Notes: generated from the letters alone by a model not told the origin. Shown: positions 1 through 13,689, numbered from the whole stretch's first letter. The stretch is DNA of 61,878 nucleotides, filler included, from Chiloscyllium plagiosum (GCF_004010195.1; 4 parts of one record of this genome joined end to end with filler, not necessarily neighbours in it); one strand, 5' to 3'. Numbers and translations: made by a program.

Positions 1-964
1 CAAAAACCTGGGATCTTGCTGTGCTATCGCCATGTAAAAGACTTTCCTGCTCTGCTTTTCAACTAATCTTGCCTCTTTCCTTCCAAAGACATCTTTCCGG
101 CCACTTGAAGATTCGAAGAGAGAGAGTTTGGGACCAGGAAACCTTTGAACAAGAGCTTTCTCCAGAGGGGGACATGGTCCTGAGGCCTGTTTGACAGGCT
201 GCACCCCGTGAGGCCCAGGTGAGTTTTATCTGTGTATGACCCCGAGGTTTAATCTCCTCTCTCTGGGAAGGGGCCTGGTTTTTTACGGGGCTTCTGATTA
301 ACTGGCTCCTGTCAGATTGCGGCTCTGTCATTTTTAAAACAGGTTTGAAGCCTGGGGTTAATGTAACTGGGGCCTTGGGATTTGACACAAACACATCAAT
401 CCCCAGTGAGTTTCTGACAGACTGGGGACCCTCCGAGGAGGGAATTAAAACCTTAAATGAGAAACGCTCTCTAAAGACCCGTTCTAATGTCAGAGTAATG
501 TGGGATGTGTACAGGACAGGGGGATAAAATGTGATAATCACAGAAATAAGACACAGGCTGGCCACTTCAATTAAATTCACTCAGTCTCTTGAGGGAGGGT
601 GGTGGGTAGAGAGGGTCTCTCTCTCTGTTTTTCTCTCTGTCTCTTCTCTTTATTCCTCTCCAGTGTTGTTTTGTTTATTTTTCAAACAAAAAAAATATTG
701 GACAGAGAGAGACAGAGAAGAGGGGTTGGGGGGGTGGAGATGGAGACAGAGAGGGAGAGAGACAGAGAGACCCACAATCAAAAACTGAATTGTGAAAGTG
801 CTGGCATTATTGGGATCTTGCCATGTGAAAATGATATGGGGGATGGGCATTGTGTTTGTCGAGAGGCTGTTGCTGGGGATGGGGGCGAGGTGGTCTGTCA
901 CAGAGAAACACCCTCGGGGTCCCACACCAGGCTGCCTGTGGGGTCTTGCTGTGCACCCCATGGC

Positions 965-3856
965 CTGGGAGAAGGTTTCACATTTTTGCATCATTAGAAT
1001 CTCTTCTGGGTTAGAAGTGACCTGTACAAGAAGGATGGATTGCACCTGAATTGGAAGGGAACTAATATACTGGCAAGGAAATTTGCTAGAGCTGCTCAGG
1101 AGGATTTAAACTAGTACTGGTGGTGAGTGGGACCCAGTGAGATACTGAGGAAAGAGAGCAATCTGAGACTGGTACCGTTGGGAAGCGAGTGAGTCAAACA
1201 GTCAGAATAGGAATGAAAAAAGCAGTACCTTAAGGCGGATATTCCCAGGAATATAACCAGGGAAATTATTTGGGTAGAACTGAGAAATCACTTCATTGAG
1301 ATTATGTTACATACTCCCTAATCGTTAGCGGGAAAATGAGAAACAAATTTGTAAGGAGATTTCATTTGTCTGGAAGAATAATAGGGTGGTTATGGTCGGG
1401 GATTTTAACTTACCAAACGTAGACTGGGACTGCCACAGTGTTAAGGGTTTAAATGAAGAGGAATTTGTTAAGAGCATACAAGAAAATTTTCTGACTCAGT
1501 ATGTGGATGTACCAGCTAGAGAAGTTGCAATCCTTAACCTACTATTGGGAAATAAGGCAGGGCAGGTGACTGAGGTGTCAGTGGGAGGCACTTTGGGGCC
1601 AGCGACTATAATTCTATTAGATTTAAAATAATGATGGAAAAGGATAGTCCAGATCTAAAAGTTAATGTTCCAAATTGGAGGAAGGCTAAGTTTGATGGTA
1701 TTGGGCACGAACTTTCAAAAGCTGACTGGGGGCAGATGTTTGCAGGTAAATGGGACAGTATATTCCTATTAGGATGAAAGGAAAGACTGGTAGGTGGAGG
1801 GAATGCTGGATGACGAGAGAAATTGAGGTTTTGATTAAGGAAAAGAAGGAAGCATATGTCAGGTATAGACAGGAGAGAAAGAGAGAGAGAGAGACAGTGA
1901 ATCCTTAGAATATAAATGCAGTTGGATTATACTTAAGAAGAAAATCAGGAAGGCAGAAAGGGCACATGGGACAGCTTTGGCAAATAGGGTTAAGGGGAAT
2001 CCAAAGGGTTTTTATAAATACATTAAGGTCAAAAGGGGTAACTAGGGAGAAAATAGGGCCCCTCAAAGATCAGCAAGGCAGCCTCTGTGTGGAACCACAG
2101 GAGATGGGGAAATACTAAATGAATATTTTGCATCAGTGTTTCCTGTGGAGAAGGATATGTGTTATGAAGTTGAAGGTGTGTACTGTACCTTTAAGAGAGA
2201 GTGAAAGCTGAAAGCTTGCAAGCACCTATCACGTGAGTGACTAGCATTCGCAGAATGTCCTGGAAAATTGAAAGGTGTAACATTTGGTTGTAACTAGATA
2301 CCTCAGTTGTTTTCACAGCAGTTCGAATTTAACCAATCACATTAAATTATGCCCCAAGATACTAAAACCCAATAGAATTTGAATGTCACTGTTTTGACAA
2401 CATCTAACCAATTAGATGATCTGACAGTTCGGTTATAAAAAAAATCAGACATTTTGGACAGTTAGCCAGAGAGAGAGAGCACCAACTACCATTGAATGAT
2501 TACTATTCACAACAGTCATGATTAAAGGTACCTTTTTTGTATGAAACATCTTTGCAGCAGAAGACTGAAGATGATCCAGGGAGATCTACAAATAGAAGAC
2601 CAACACTGGAGACGACAGGCGCAGTCTGGTTTTGAAAAGTACGTTGCTCTAATTTTAATAGGGGCTCTTATTGGATCAGTATATTGTTATAAAATGGGAG
2701 GTAGATAAAAACGTTTAAGAGCAAGGAGGCTGACACTTGTAAATATTGTTTAGTAGTGGCCACTTTTAGAGTTAAAAAATATAATTCATATTTCTTCTTG
2801 AAATCGTGGAATTTGGGTACTTCTCTGTCACTCATACTTTAACAGATTATGGAGGGAATCCTGAGGGACAGGATGGACATGTATTTGGAAAGGCAAAGCC
2901 TGATTGGGGATAGTCAGCATGGCTTTGTGCTTGGGAAATCAGGTCTTGTGAAATTGATTGAGTTTTTTTTTAGATTCCCTACAGTGTGTAAACAGGCCCT
3001 TCGGCCCAACAAGTGCACACCGATCCTCCGAAGAGTAACCCACCCAGACCCATTTCCCTCGTTTTTGTTTTAAGAAGTAACAAAGAAGATTGATGACAGT
3101 ACAACGGTACATGTGATGTATATGTCAGAAAGGTTCCTCATGGTTAGCAAGGTTAGATGTCATGGAATACAAGTAGAACTAGCCATTTGGACACAGAACT
3201 GGCTCGAAGGTAGAAGACAAAGGGTGGTGGTGGAGGGTTACTTTTCAGACTGGATGTCTGTGACCAGTGGAGTGCCACAAGGATCAGTGCTGGGTCCACT
3301 ACTTTTCATCATTTATATAAATATTTTGGATGTGAACATCGCAAGTACAGTTAGTAAGTTTGCAGATGACACCAAAATTGGAGGTGTAGTGAACAGTGAA
3401 GAACCTTACCTCAGATTACAACGGGATCTTGACCAGATGGGCCAATGGGCTGAGAAGTGGCAGATGGAGTTAATTCAAATAAATGCGAGGTGCTGTATTT
3501 TGGGAAAGCAAATCTTAGCAGAACTTATACACTTACTGGTAAGGTCATAGGAAGTGTTGCTGAACAAAGAGACCTTGGAGTGCAGGTTCGTAGCTCCTTG
3601 AAAGTGGAGTCACAGGTCAATAGGATACTTAAGAAGGCATTTGGTGTGCTTTCCTTAATTGGTCAGAGCATTGAGTGTAGGAGGGGAGGTCATGTGGCTA
3701 TACAGGACATTGGTTAGGCCACTTTTGAAATATTGCATGCAATTCTGGTCTCCATCCTATCGGAAGGATGTTGTGAAACTTGAAAGAGTTCAGACACTAT
3801 TTGCAAGGATGTTGCCAGGGTTGGAGAGTTTGAGCTATAGGCTGAGACTGAATAGG
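965..3856 (+). mobile_element. Decayed CR1-clade LINE: end of ORF1 (SGNH esterase-like), endonuclease and RT remnants; interrupted by an LTR-like insert and a SINE tail
   Basis: ORF1 tail reads LYKKDGLHLNWKGTNILA; endonuclease motif VMVGDFNLPNVDW (1386-1631); RT motifs GVPQGSVLGP and KFADDTK (3113-3550); many stops and frameshifts. Confidence 0.9.
2160..2852 (+). mobile_element. Truncated LTR-like insertion within CR1
   Basis: Non-CR1 block starting TGTTA at 2160, with TATAAAA near 2434 and TAACA at 2840-2844. Host CR1 lacks ~320 bp relative to the copy at 14300-14620. No TSD seen. Confidence 0.45.
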
Positions 3857-3859
3857 CTG

Positions 3860-4850
3860 AGCCACAAGCTGATCGGCGCAGGGTCAGTAAGATTAAGCAA
3901 GTAAATGTGTGGCTGAAAGATTGGTGCGGGAAAAATGGTTTGAATTCATGGCTTGGAGTTGCCAGCGTAGGACTGGGGTGGACAAAGTTAAAAGTTACAC
4001 AACATGAACCACCTGATGAAGGAGAAGTGCTTTGAAAGCTATTGCTTCCAAACAAACCTTTTGCACTATAACCTGGTGTTGTGTGATTTTTAATTCATGG
4101 GACATTGGCACCAGTTCCTGGGAAGAAGGGACCTGTTCTGATGGGATGGTCTTCATCTGAACCATGCTGGACTAGAGTCCTAGCAAATCGCTTAACTAGG
4201 ACTGTAGACAGAGATTTATACTAAATGGGAAAGGGGGGTTCTTTTCTAGGGGAAATTAGGAAACCCAAATTAAAGGAGGAGATAAGAATAGAGTTCTCAG
4301 GAGAAGTTATTAAAATCTCCAGCACAGATACAATAGGGCAGAGCGTATGGAAAGGATTAGCATTCAAACTTCAAAAATACTGGACAAACAAATGATAATG
4401 AGAAGGGGAAGATTAATACAGGGCTGAAGGTGCTACATCTGAATGCACACAGTGTAAGGAATAAGGTAAATGAGCTTGTGGCGTAGATTGAAATGAGCAG
4501 GTATGATGCAGTGGGTTTCACGGAGACATGGCTACACGGGGATCAGGAAAAGATAAGCAGGTGCGCAGAGGGGGTGGGGTTGCTTTATTAGTCAGAAATA
4601 AAATTCAATCAATAGCAAGAAATGAAGCAGGGTCAGATGGTATAGAATTTGAGTGGTTAGAACCACAGTTGATGTTATGTACAGGCCTCCAAATAGCAGT
4701 TGGGAGCTGGGGCACAAGATACACCAGGATATAGGAAAGATGTGGAGGAAAGGTAAAGTTACAGTGATCATGGGGGATGTCAATACACAGGCAGACTGGG
4801 AAAATCAGGTTGGTAGTGGATTGGAAGGAAAGGAATGTGTGGAATGTCTA
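3860..4850 (+). mobile_element. Second CR1 subfamily fragment (ORF1 esterase end plus endonuclease start)
   Basis: WLKDWCGKNG...DGLHLNHAGTRVLA after removing the 3952-4091 insert; endonuclease motifs GGGVALLV and YRPPNS. Confidence 0.8.
3952..4091 (+). mobile_element. Penelope-type terminal-repeat mini-insertion (family B) with degraded hammerhead motif and 5' inverted piece
   Basis: TSD AATTCATGG at 3943-3951 and 4092-4100; CTGATGA at 4013 ... GAAAGCTA; first ~50 bp is the reverse complement of this family's 3' end. Confidence 0.7.
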
Positions 4851-5081
4851 GATTAGATTAGATTAGATTCCCTACAGTGTGGAAACAGGCCCTTCGGCCC
4901 AACCAGTCCACACCGACCCGCCGAAGCACGATCCACCTAGACCCATTCTCCTACACTTACCCCCTCACCTAACACGATGGGCAATTTAGCATGGCCAATT
5001 CACCTGACCTGCACACCTTTGGACTGTGGGAGGAAACCGGAGCACCCGGAGGAAACCTATGCAGACGCGGGGAGAACGTGC
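4850..5081 (-). mobile_element. HE1-type V-SINE, partial
   Basis: (TTAGA)n tail and V-domain reverse-complementary to the full copy at 49229-49545. Confidence 0.85.
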
Positions 5082-5234
5082 GAAAAGATGTTCCGAGCTA
5101 AGAGAGGGCATGAAAACTCTTTGGCGGGTAGGATCAAGGATAACCCCAAGGCTTTTTATGCGTATGTGAGAAACATGAGAATGACGAGAACGAGGGTAGG
5201 TCCGATCAAGGACAATACTGGGAGACTGTGTATT

Positions 5235-5487
5235 GGGGTGTGGGGTGTGAGGGTGTGGGGGTGTGGGGTGTGGGGGTGTGAGGTGGTGGNNNNNNNNNNN
5301 NNNNNNNNNNNNNNNNNNNNNNNNNNNNNNNNNNNNNNNNNNNNNNNNNNNNNNNNNNNNNNNNNNNNNNNNNNNNNNNGTGGGGGTGTGGGGTGTGAGG
5401 GTGTGGGGTGGTGGGTGTGGGGTGTGGGCTGGTGGGTGTGGGGGTGTGGGGTGTGAGGGTGTGAGGGTGGTGGGTGTGGGGGTGTGG
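5235..5487. repeat. GT-rich minisatellite spanning an N gap
   Basis: Tandem GGGGTGT-like units on both sides of the gap. Confidence 0.9.
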
Positions 5488-6054
5488 ACACGGACTGACT
5501 GCAAGAATACAGATGTGGTTAATGCAGGACCTTGGCATCTCTTTGGCTAAACTGCTCTGTTGCTTGGTACAGTCTATTCGATCAGGCCAGAGAGAGTTCC
5601 TGCTGCAACACGGTGTGTCAGTGATTTACAGGATCATTCCATCAGATCACAGCAACAATTTCAAAGGAAACCCTGAGGATGCTGCCGTTAACTGGATTTG
5701 ATCTGAAACTCAGGTCAATATGCAGCAGATGGTTTGGAGTTATTTATAAAATTCAAACAATTATTGATCAAATGGGACACAGAGAAAATCATCACAAAGA
5801 CTGAGTCGATTGTCCCTGACACGTGCTCCGGTCCCAAAGCTCATCTTCCTCAATAATTTATTTTTATTTACAGGGTACTGTCGCCTGTAGTTAGATTCTG
5901 GAACACATCAAAGTCCTGAGCGCTGACTCAGTAACACAGTCAACAGCACTGACTGATTACAAACACAGCTCCCACTCCAAAATCCAAACCCACCAGCTCC
6001 ACACTTTCCCCAGTCCTGCTCATTCCCCATGTCCCCCAGACCCACTTTCCCTTT

Positions 6055-6760
6055 AAATTCATTTGTGGGACATGGGGGCCACTGTCTGGGCCCAGCACTT
6101 ATTGTCTGTCCCTAGTTGCCCCTCGGGAAGGTGGGGGTGAGCTGCCTTCTTGAGCTGTGGGTTGACCCACAATGCCCTCAGGGAGGGAATCCCAGGATTC
6201 TGACCCAGTGACAGTGAGGGAACGGCGATATATTTCCAAGTCGTGATGGGGAGGGGCTCGGAGGGGAACCTGCAGTGGGTGGTGTTCCCATGTACCTGCT
6301 GCCCCTTGTCCTTCTAGATGGAAGTGTTTATGGGTTTGGAAGGAGCTGCCTGAGGATTTTTGGTGAGTTTCTGCAGTGAATCTTGTAGATGGTACACACT
6401 GCTGCTACTGAGCATTGATGGTGGAGGGGGTGGGTGTATGTGGATGTGGTGCCAATCAAGCGGCTGTTTTGTCCTGGATGGTGTCAAGCTTCGTGAGTGT
6501 TGTTGGAGCTGCCCCCATCCAGGGGCAAGTGGGGAGTATTCCATCACATTCCTGACTTGTGCCTTGTAGATGGTGGACAGGCTTTGACGAGTCAGGAGGT
6601 GAGTTACTTGCTGCAGGGTTCCCAGCCTCTGACCAGCCACTATGTTTATATGGCGCGTCCAGTAGAGTTTCTGGTCAATGATAAGCCCCATGATGTTGAT
6701 AGTGAGGGATTTAGTGATAATACCACTGAATGTCTCTTATTGGTAATAGTCATTGCCAAC
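6055..6760 (-). mobile_element. 3' part of a CR1/L2-clade LINE (family distinct from the main CR1)
   Basis: LGLIIDQKLYWTRHI...LSTIYKAQVRNVMEYSPLA; same family at 21230-22235 (+), 45580-45770 (-) and 49850-50540 (-). Confidence 0.8.
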
Positions 6761-7869
6761 TTTAATTCCAGTCCCACCTTCATCCAGTCTCCCCCGGTCC
6801 CACCTTCCCCCAGTCTCCCCCGGTCCCACCTTCCCCCAGTCTCCCCCAGTCCCACCTTCCCCCAGTCTCCCCCTGTCTCTGGATCCAGGCTGGGACATGA
6901 CACGAGGGGGTAGTGTGCTGATCTGAGCTGGTCCAGGCTTCTCTCACTCAGTGAGCCTGTGCCCTGGGTTTCTCCTTTGGGACCAGCAGCAGCCTCTCAC
7001 ACCACCATCCAATCAGCTCAGCCTCGTCCAAACCCCCGACAAACAGACTCAGTGTATTTTCCTAGCTGGGGATGTCAATCACAGATAGTTCAGTCCCTCA
7101 GTCAGTGGGGAAGGTGCCATCCAGCAGTCAGCCAGAGAAAATGGATCAAAAACTTTCCACAGAACCTTGGCTCACCAACAGCCTTGTTTTATTTATGACC
7201 CTCTGAGTTTATGCTCTTTGTATATCTGACAGCCAGGCCTTTCAGCACCACCTCGATATCAGACAGAGCTCCGGCTCTCCTCCCAGCCCTGCTCTGGGGC
7301 ACAGGAACATGTTTCCAACTCCTAATCTCAAACTCCATTGACAGCAAGGATCGCGTGTGCCCTGGGAGGTCAGTGAGAATCTCCAGGTCAGTGAGAAACT
7401 GCTGTCAGGAAAAGATTCAATTTGTGGAAAGGATGTGAGAGTCTGTGTAACATAAACGATACAATTCGGGAGAGTTGCAGCTGTAATGAAAGGAGTGTCA
7501 GTGCACTCACAATCCAGAGACAGCTTAATGACCTGGGACGTCCTCCCCCAGCAAAAAACGTTCATGAATAAAATCAGGGATTGGAGCGAGACTCAGTGAT
7601 AGTGACTGTGAAACTATTGGTGACTATGGTAAAACCACCTGGGTCACTAATGTCCTTTCGGGAAGGAATTTCAGATTTACCTGGTCTTTACATGAGACTT
7701 CAAGACCCACAGCAATGTGACCAACTCTTAACTGCTCCCTGAAATGGGCAAACCAGCCCTCAGTTCAAGGCAATCAGGGACAGGCAATACTTGCTGGTCC
7801 AACCAGTGACACCAACATCCCTTGAAACAGTTAGAAACTCTGAAAGAGGGTACAGGAGCAGGACATATA

Positions 7870-8900
7870 TGTGCAGGAGGCAGGACAGGGGGGAGTGTGT
7901 GGTTAATACAGCAGGCAGTGTCCTCGGCTTTATTAATAGGGACATAGAGTACACGAGCGAGGAGGTGATAGTGAACTTGTGCAAGCCCCCTGTTCGACCT
8001 CAGCTGGAGGAGTGTGTCCAGGTGTAGGCCCCACATTACAGGGAAGATGTGAATTCATTGGAGAGGGTGCAGAGACAAGTTACAAGAACAGTTCCAGGGA
8101 TGAGAAACTTCAGTGATGGAGCGAGATTGAAGGAGTTGGGAGTGAGCTCCTCAGAGAGAACGCGGCTGAGAGGAGATTTTTTAGATTCCCTACCATGTGG
8201 AAACAGGCCCTTCAGTGCAGCAAGTCCACACTGACCCTCTGAAGAATAACCCATCCAGACCCATTCCCTATTCTATTACTCAATATTTGATAGCGATTTT
8301 TAAAATCACAAATGGGCTGGACATAGTAGATGGGGGAAAAACTGCTCAGGCTTCTAACAGGCACAAGAATGAAAGAGATTTATAATTCCAGACCGATTAG
8401 CCTAACCTTGGTCGTGGGTAAGGTCCCCGAATCCATTGTGAAGGATGAGATTTCTGAACACTTGGAAGTGTACGGTAAAGTCAGCACGGTTTCAACAAGG
8501 GGAGGTCACGCCTGGCAAATATTCTAGAAATGGTGCTGGGGAACTTGATGGGATTGTAAACTGATAAATCCCTAGGGCCTGGTAAACTATATCCCAGAGT
8601 ACTTACGGAACTGGTTCTAGAAGTAGTTGGTGCATTTGTGATCATTCTCCAAGACTGTTACACTAACAGATAACCCCACTATTCAAAAAGGGAGGCAGAG
8701 AGAAAATCAGGGAATTATAGACCAGTCAGTCTGACATTGAAAGTGGGGAAAATGCTAGAGTCCATTGTGAAAGATTCAATAGCAGAACACTTGGAAAACA
8801 AAGGCAGGCTCAAACACGGTGTGGATTTACAAAGGCAAGTCAGACAAATCTACTGGAGCTTTTCCCACTCACGAAAGAAACACAAGCAAGAGAGCATAGA
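7870..8900 (+). mobile_element. Old fragmented CR1 pieces with a SINE/LINE tail insert
   Basis: RPQLEECVQV, LERVQRQVTR and RPISLTLVVGK fragments. Confidence 0.7.
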
Positions 8901-9416
8901 TTTAAAGTTTCCTTAAATCTTCATAAACCAGGGATTGCTTCCCTAAGGATATTGTGGATCTACCTACAGCACAGTGGGTCACAAAGGCAGCTCACCCCCA
9001 ACTCCTTGGGGGCAACTAGGGAGGGGTAATAAATCCTGGCGAGCCAATAGTGCTCACATCCCTGAATAAATCAAAACCAAGGAGTGGTGGCCAGTTCGAT
9101 GTTTGTGCCCGAGAGAGTGAGCCCAGGCCAGGAGTGCCTCCTTGGGAAGAATGGGTTCAGTCCCATGGCTCAGGGAAAGCCATTGAACAAAGGATTGTGT
9201 TCCTGCATTGGGCTGAGGTCTCTAATTAGGGGGCATTGGGCTGGCCAACAAAGCAGACCACCTCTCGCTGTAGCCTGGACTCATTGCTGTCTCGGTTTGA
9301 CTTTCTCACCTCCCCAGGGTCATACTCTGTATTGAGCCAACTCAGGGCTCTGGAACAATTGACCCTCACCCCTTTACCACAGCCAGTAACTGTTGGAGCA
9401 GCCATTCCTGTCCTGC

Positions 9417-10395
9417 ATCAGTCAGTGAAGGTTGGGGACAATATTTCATTGTCACTGACACTCAACACTGCATCCCCCCAGGCGTGTGTACTCAGCCCCC
9501 TATTGTACACACTGTATACCCATGACTGTGTCACCAAATACCAGACTAATGCCATTTACAGGTTCGCTGATGGCACCACCATAGTCAGTCGAATCTCAGG
9601 TGGCAACGAAACAGACTACAGACGGGAGGTGGAAGACCTGGAAAAATGGTGCACTGAGAACAACCCAACTCTCAATGCCGGAAAAACCAAGGAACTTGTT
9701 ATTGACTTTCAGCGGGATGTTACTCATGCCCCCCTACACATTAACAGCACAGAGGTGGAACGAGTGGAGAGTGTCAAGCTCCTGGGAGTGGTCATCCACA
9801 ACAAGCTTTCTTGGACTCTCCATGTGGACGCACTGGTTACAAAGGCCCAACAACATCTCTTCTTCCTCAGGCAGCTGAGGAAATTTGGCATGCCAGCGAA
9901 TACCCTTGCCAACTTTTATAGGTGTGCCAGAGAGCATTCTGTCTGGCTGTATCACTACCTGGTATGGCAACTGTACCATTCAAGATCGGAGATGGTTACA
10001 GAGAGTGGTGAACTCGGCCCGGACAATCACAAAGGCCAACCTCCCATCTATAGAATCCATCTACCAGGCCCGATGTCAAGGAAAGGCCACCAGCATTCTC
10101 AAAGATCCATCCCACCCTGGCAATGCTTTTCTACAACCTCTACCATCGGGGAGAAGGTACAGAAGCCTGAACACACGCACCAGCTGGTTTCGAAACAGTT
10201 TCTACCCTCCTGTTGTTAGAATACTGAATGGACTCTCAAATTCTTAATGTTCGCCTGTACCTGGGTCTTTGCTCTTGCCGCTGTTTCTGTATTATCTACT
10301 TATCTACTCTGCTTAACTCTGTGATCTGCCTGTATTGCTCACAGACAAAGCTTTTCACTGTGACTCGGTACACGGGACAATAAATTCAATTCAAT
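9417..10395 (+). mobile_element. Rex1/Babar-type LINE, 5'-truncated
   Basis: PQACVLSPLLYTLYTHDC, FADGTTIV, LNAGKTKELVIDF and ESILSGCITTWYG; ends AATAAA followed by (TTCAA)n. Confidence 0.85.
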
Positions 10396-11256
10396 GCATT
10401 TCTCTATCCTCAGCAGCTCACCTTTTGGGATCATGCCACTCACTGAGGAAAGGGACAAGATTTGACTTAGTCAGAAAGAAGGTGAGATGACCTTGCACCT
10501 TGCTTCCTGAAGGGAAATGATTGTTTTCTTTCTGGATGTGTGTAAACAGGAAGTGAATGAAAATGAGGAGCTGAGGAAATCTCCATCAAGGTAAAACTTT
10601 TCCAATCTCTTTCCTCAGCGTTCGTTTTGTTTGTCTCAGTCTGGGGTGAGTTGGACCTACATCTTAGAAATGAAAGGAGATTTTTAAGGAATAATATGTC
10701 TGTCTCCATCACTCTCTATCCTGCCACATGCTGTCACACTGGCATTGAGTTCAGGAATGTGATGATGACTGAGTGATTCATCACCAGATTCTCTACAAAT
10801 AAACAGAGTGCTTTCAAGAAATTGTGTCCTATTAGTGAAATTATCTCTGTGCAAAGTCAGGACCTTGTTTTTTCTGAATTAATTCCTCAGCAATCCCCAA
10901 ATGGTCGGATTTTTAATCAACAGGTATTTTGCCGACATTCCACAAGACCCTCAGCAGTTGATGACTGTGACTAGGATTTTAAATCAGGACATTAAACAGA
11001 GCAGAGAGTGTCCCTCAAAGCACCAAGAGCAGAGAGTGTCCCTCTCAGAAACACTGGAAGAAAATTGAAAACAAATTGTAAGCAGTTTATTTATATCACT
11101 GGATGAGAATGTTTATTACCTGTCCATTAATGAGCCAGGGGCAGGTGAGCGTCAGCCACATCACTGTGGGTCTGGAGTCACGTGTACATCAGACCAGGGA
11201 AAGATGGCCGGGTCCTTCCCGAAAGAACGTTAGTGACACAGATCAACAATCACTAC

Positions 11257-11980
11257 CCCCCTGCTCACACTCACCCCGCTCACACTCACACAGCCCCACT
11301 CATACAGCCCTGCTCACACTGCCCCACTCACACTCACCCCACTCACACTCACACTCACCCAGCTCACACTGTCCCACTTACACTCATCCCGCTCACACTC
11401 GCCCGCTCTCACTCCCCCAGCTCACACTCACCCCACTCACACTCATCCCGCTCACACTCCCCAAGCTCACACTCACCCCGCTCACATTCNNNNNNNNNNN
11501 NNNNNNNNNNNNNNNNNNNNNNNNNNNNNNNNNNNNNNNNNNNNNNNNNNNNNNNNNNNNNNNNNNNNNNNNNNNNNNNNNNNNNNNNNNNNNNNNNNNN
11601 NNNNNNNNNNNNNNNNNNNNNNNNNNNNNNNNNNNNNNNNNNNNNNNNNNNNNNNNNNNNNNNNNNNNNNNNNTCACATTGCCCCTCACATTCCCCGAGC
11701 CCACACTTCCCCAACTCAGACTAACCCAGCTCACACTGCCCCTTCACACTCACCCAGCTCACAGTACCCCAACTCACACTCACCCAGCTCACATTGCCCC
11801 AACTCACCCAGCTCATACTGTCCCATTCACACTCACCAAGCTCACACTGCCCAACTCACACTCACCCAGTTCACATTGCCCTGCTCACACTGACCCCGCT
11901 CACACACACCCAGCTCACACTCACCCCACTCACACTCACCCTGCTCACACTGCTCTTGCTCACGCTCACAGCTCACACTC
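11257..11980. repeat. ~15-bp minisatellite (CTCACACTCACCCCG-like) spanning a gap
   Basis: Direct tandem units; source of spurious His/Pro/Thr-rich ORFs. Confidence 0.9.
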
Positions 11981-12159
11981 AGTGAAAGATTTAAAACAAA
12001 AATTGACTGAGACTAAAGCAATGCCTCTTCTTAAATAGCAGTTGGTGCTGGACGGGTTGTTAATTTTTAAGTTTGTAATCGATAAAGTTTCTTTAAGCAA
12101 GGTATTATGGGAAATGAGTCAACAACAGGAATATGGAGTTAGACAACAGCTCAGCCATC

Positions 12160-12395
12160 GCCCCTGTACTGATTATAACAATCTCAGCCAGGTGGACCTC
12201 AGAGAATCTGAGTTCCCTGATTGGGGCTGCTAACCTGGTCCAATCAGGGAGCCCTGGCTGACAGATACAAACAGGAGGGTCAGAGGTTCTGTTCTCTCTG
12301 AGAACTGACTCTGAGGGAGCTGGAGCAGTGTCAAAGATTCTCCATGTGTAAGTAAAGGGAGACTTGTGATGGAATACTGGCCTCTGGGAGTTATT
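12160..12395 (+). mobile_element. Small LTR-like solo element inside a CR1 3' end
   Basis: Interrupts the CR1 tail (CAGCCAT...GAATCTCATTGAATGG); inverted CCAAT pair at 12214-12224/12240-12250 followed by TATA-like and polyA-like motifs. Confidence 0.35.
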
Positions 12396-13403
12396 TGAAT
12401 CTCATTGAATGGCAGAGCAGAGTCGAGGGGCCGAATGGCCTACTCCTGTTGGCATGTTCCTGTGTTTGAATCAGAGTGTGAGTGTCCTTTCAGTACAGAC
12501 TGACAGCCAGGTTGACTGACCCTCAGGGAAATGAAGCTGTTTACTCACCATCAGGGGAGAAAGCATGTACTTTCATTTCAATCGGTTTAAAAGGTTCCTT
12601 GGTAAACAAATCTTCTCAAAAAAATGAAGTTGCCAATGCAGCTGACAAATGGAGATGTGAGTAGCCTGACCATGAGCAGTAATTCTGGCTCTCATTGTTC
12701 CTGAGCTCAGGGATTTACAGTGAATCGTTCCACGATGCTGGGTTGTGACTCTCAAAATATCTCCTGTCCTGGTTAGAATGAGCAACTTCCCCTGGGATCG
12801 GACTGAGCACACAGGCCCCTGCTTCAGTGACAGAGCAGCCTGATCCACCAGTTTTATAACCAGAAGCTGAAAATGGACAGTGATGTTTCATAGCAAGGGG
12901 ACAATAACAGTAAACAGTCACTGCCAAGATACAGCCAGTGTAGCAGCTCGTGAACAGAAATACAAAATAAAATAATTGAACAGAATCCAGACCTGAAAGG
13001 GTTAATCAGCCCATTGAGAATCTGCTAGCTCTCAGGAACCTAGGAACAGGAGGAGGCCATTCAACCCCTTTGACCTTGCCCCTGCTATTTCACAGTTTTG
13101 GATAACTTGTTACTTTGGTTAGACCCTTGACATGTGACTCTTATACCTATTATGTTATTCCAGTCATTTGGTTTGTCTTCAGCTCCCCCTTATTTTTAAT
13201 GTTTTATAATTATCCCTCTGCCTCATTTAATCGGATTATAGGTCATCCTTTGCTTGTTATTCAGTGTTGACACTTTACTCACACCATCTAACACTCTTGA
13301 TCACCTGCAGAGACCTATTACTCAGCTCCACTCACTCCATTTGCACCCCACTTTGATCTCTCTGATTATAAATTCTGTGTCTGTATGCTTCTTTTCACTT
13401 TAC

Positions 13404-13433
13404 CTGAGGAAGGAGCAGCGCTTTGAAAGCTTG
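13404..13433 (+). ncRNA. Degenerate minimal hammerhead ribozyme motif (family B) in a Penelope terminal repeat
   Basis: CTGAGGA AGGAGC AGC GCTTT GAAAGCTT. Confidence 0.5.
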
Positions 13434-13689
13434 TGATTTCAGATAAACCTGTTGGACGATAACCTGGTGTCACCTGACTTCTGACCCTATTCAATGAATG
13501 CTGACCAAACACTGCAAGCCACTAATCCACCTCATCACGATAACCCTACATCCTCATGGGTAATCAGAAATCGATTAATCTCTGCCTTAAACTGAGCTCC
13601 CACAGCCCTCTGAGGAAGACATGTCCTAACATTCATAATCCTCTGAGCAAAATCATTTTAACTCATCTCAGACTGCAAACTAGTATTTG

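Noticed and set aside
650..1045. Minus-strand ORF with an apparent splice acceptor at 1022
   Set aside because: The acceptor region is the antisense of CR1 ORF1 (DGLHLN), and the ORF's far end is GA/CT simple repeat
4977..5550. His/Pro- or Gly/Val-rich ORFs
   Set aside because: Read through a GT-rich minisatellite and N gap
9236..10219. 327-aa ORF as a host gene
   Set aside because: Rex1-type RT fragment with a chance upstream extension and a frameshift
11103..12038. 311-aa His/Thr/Pro-rich ORF
   Set aside because: 15-bp minisatellite plus gap
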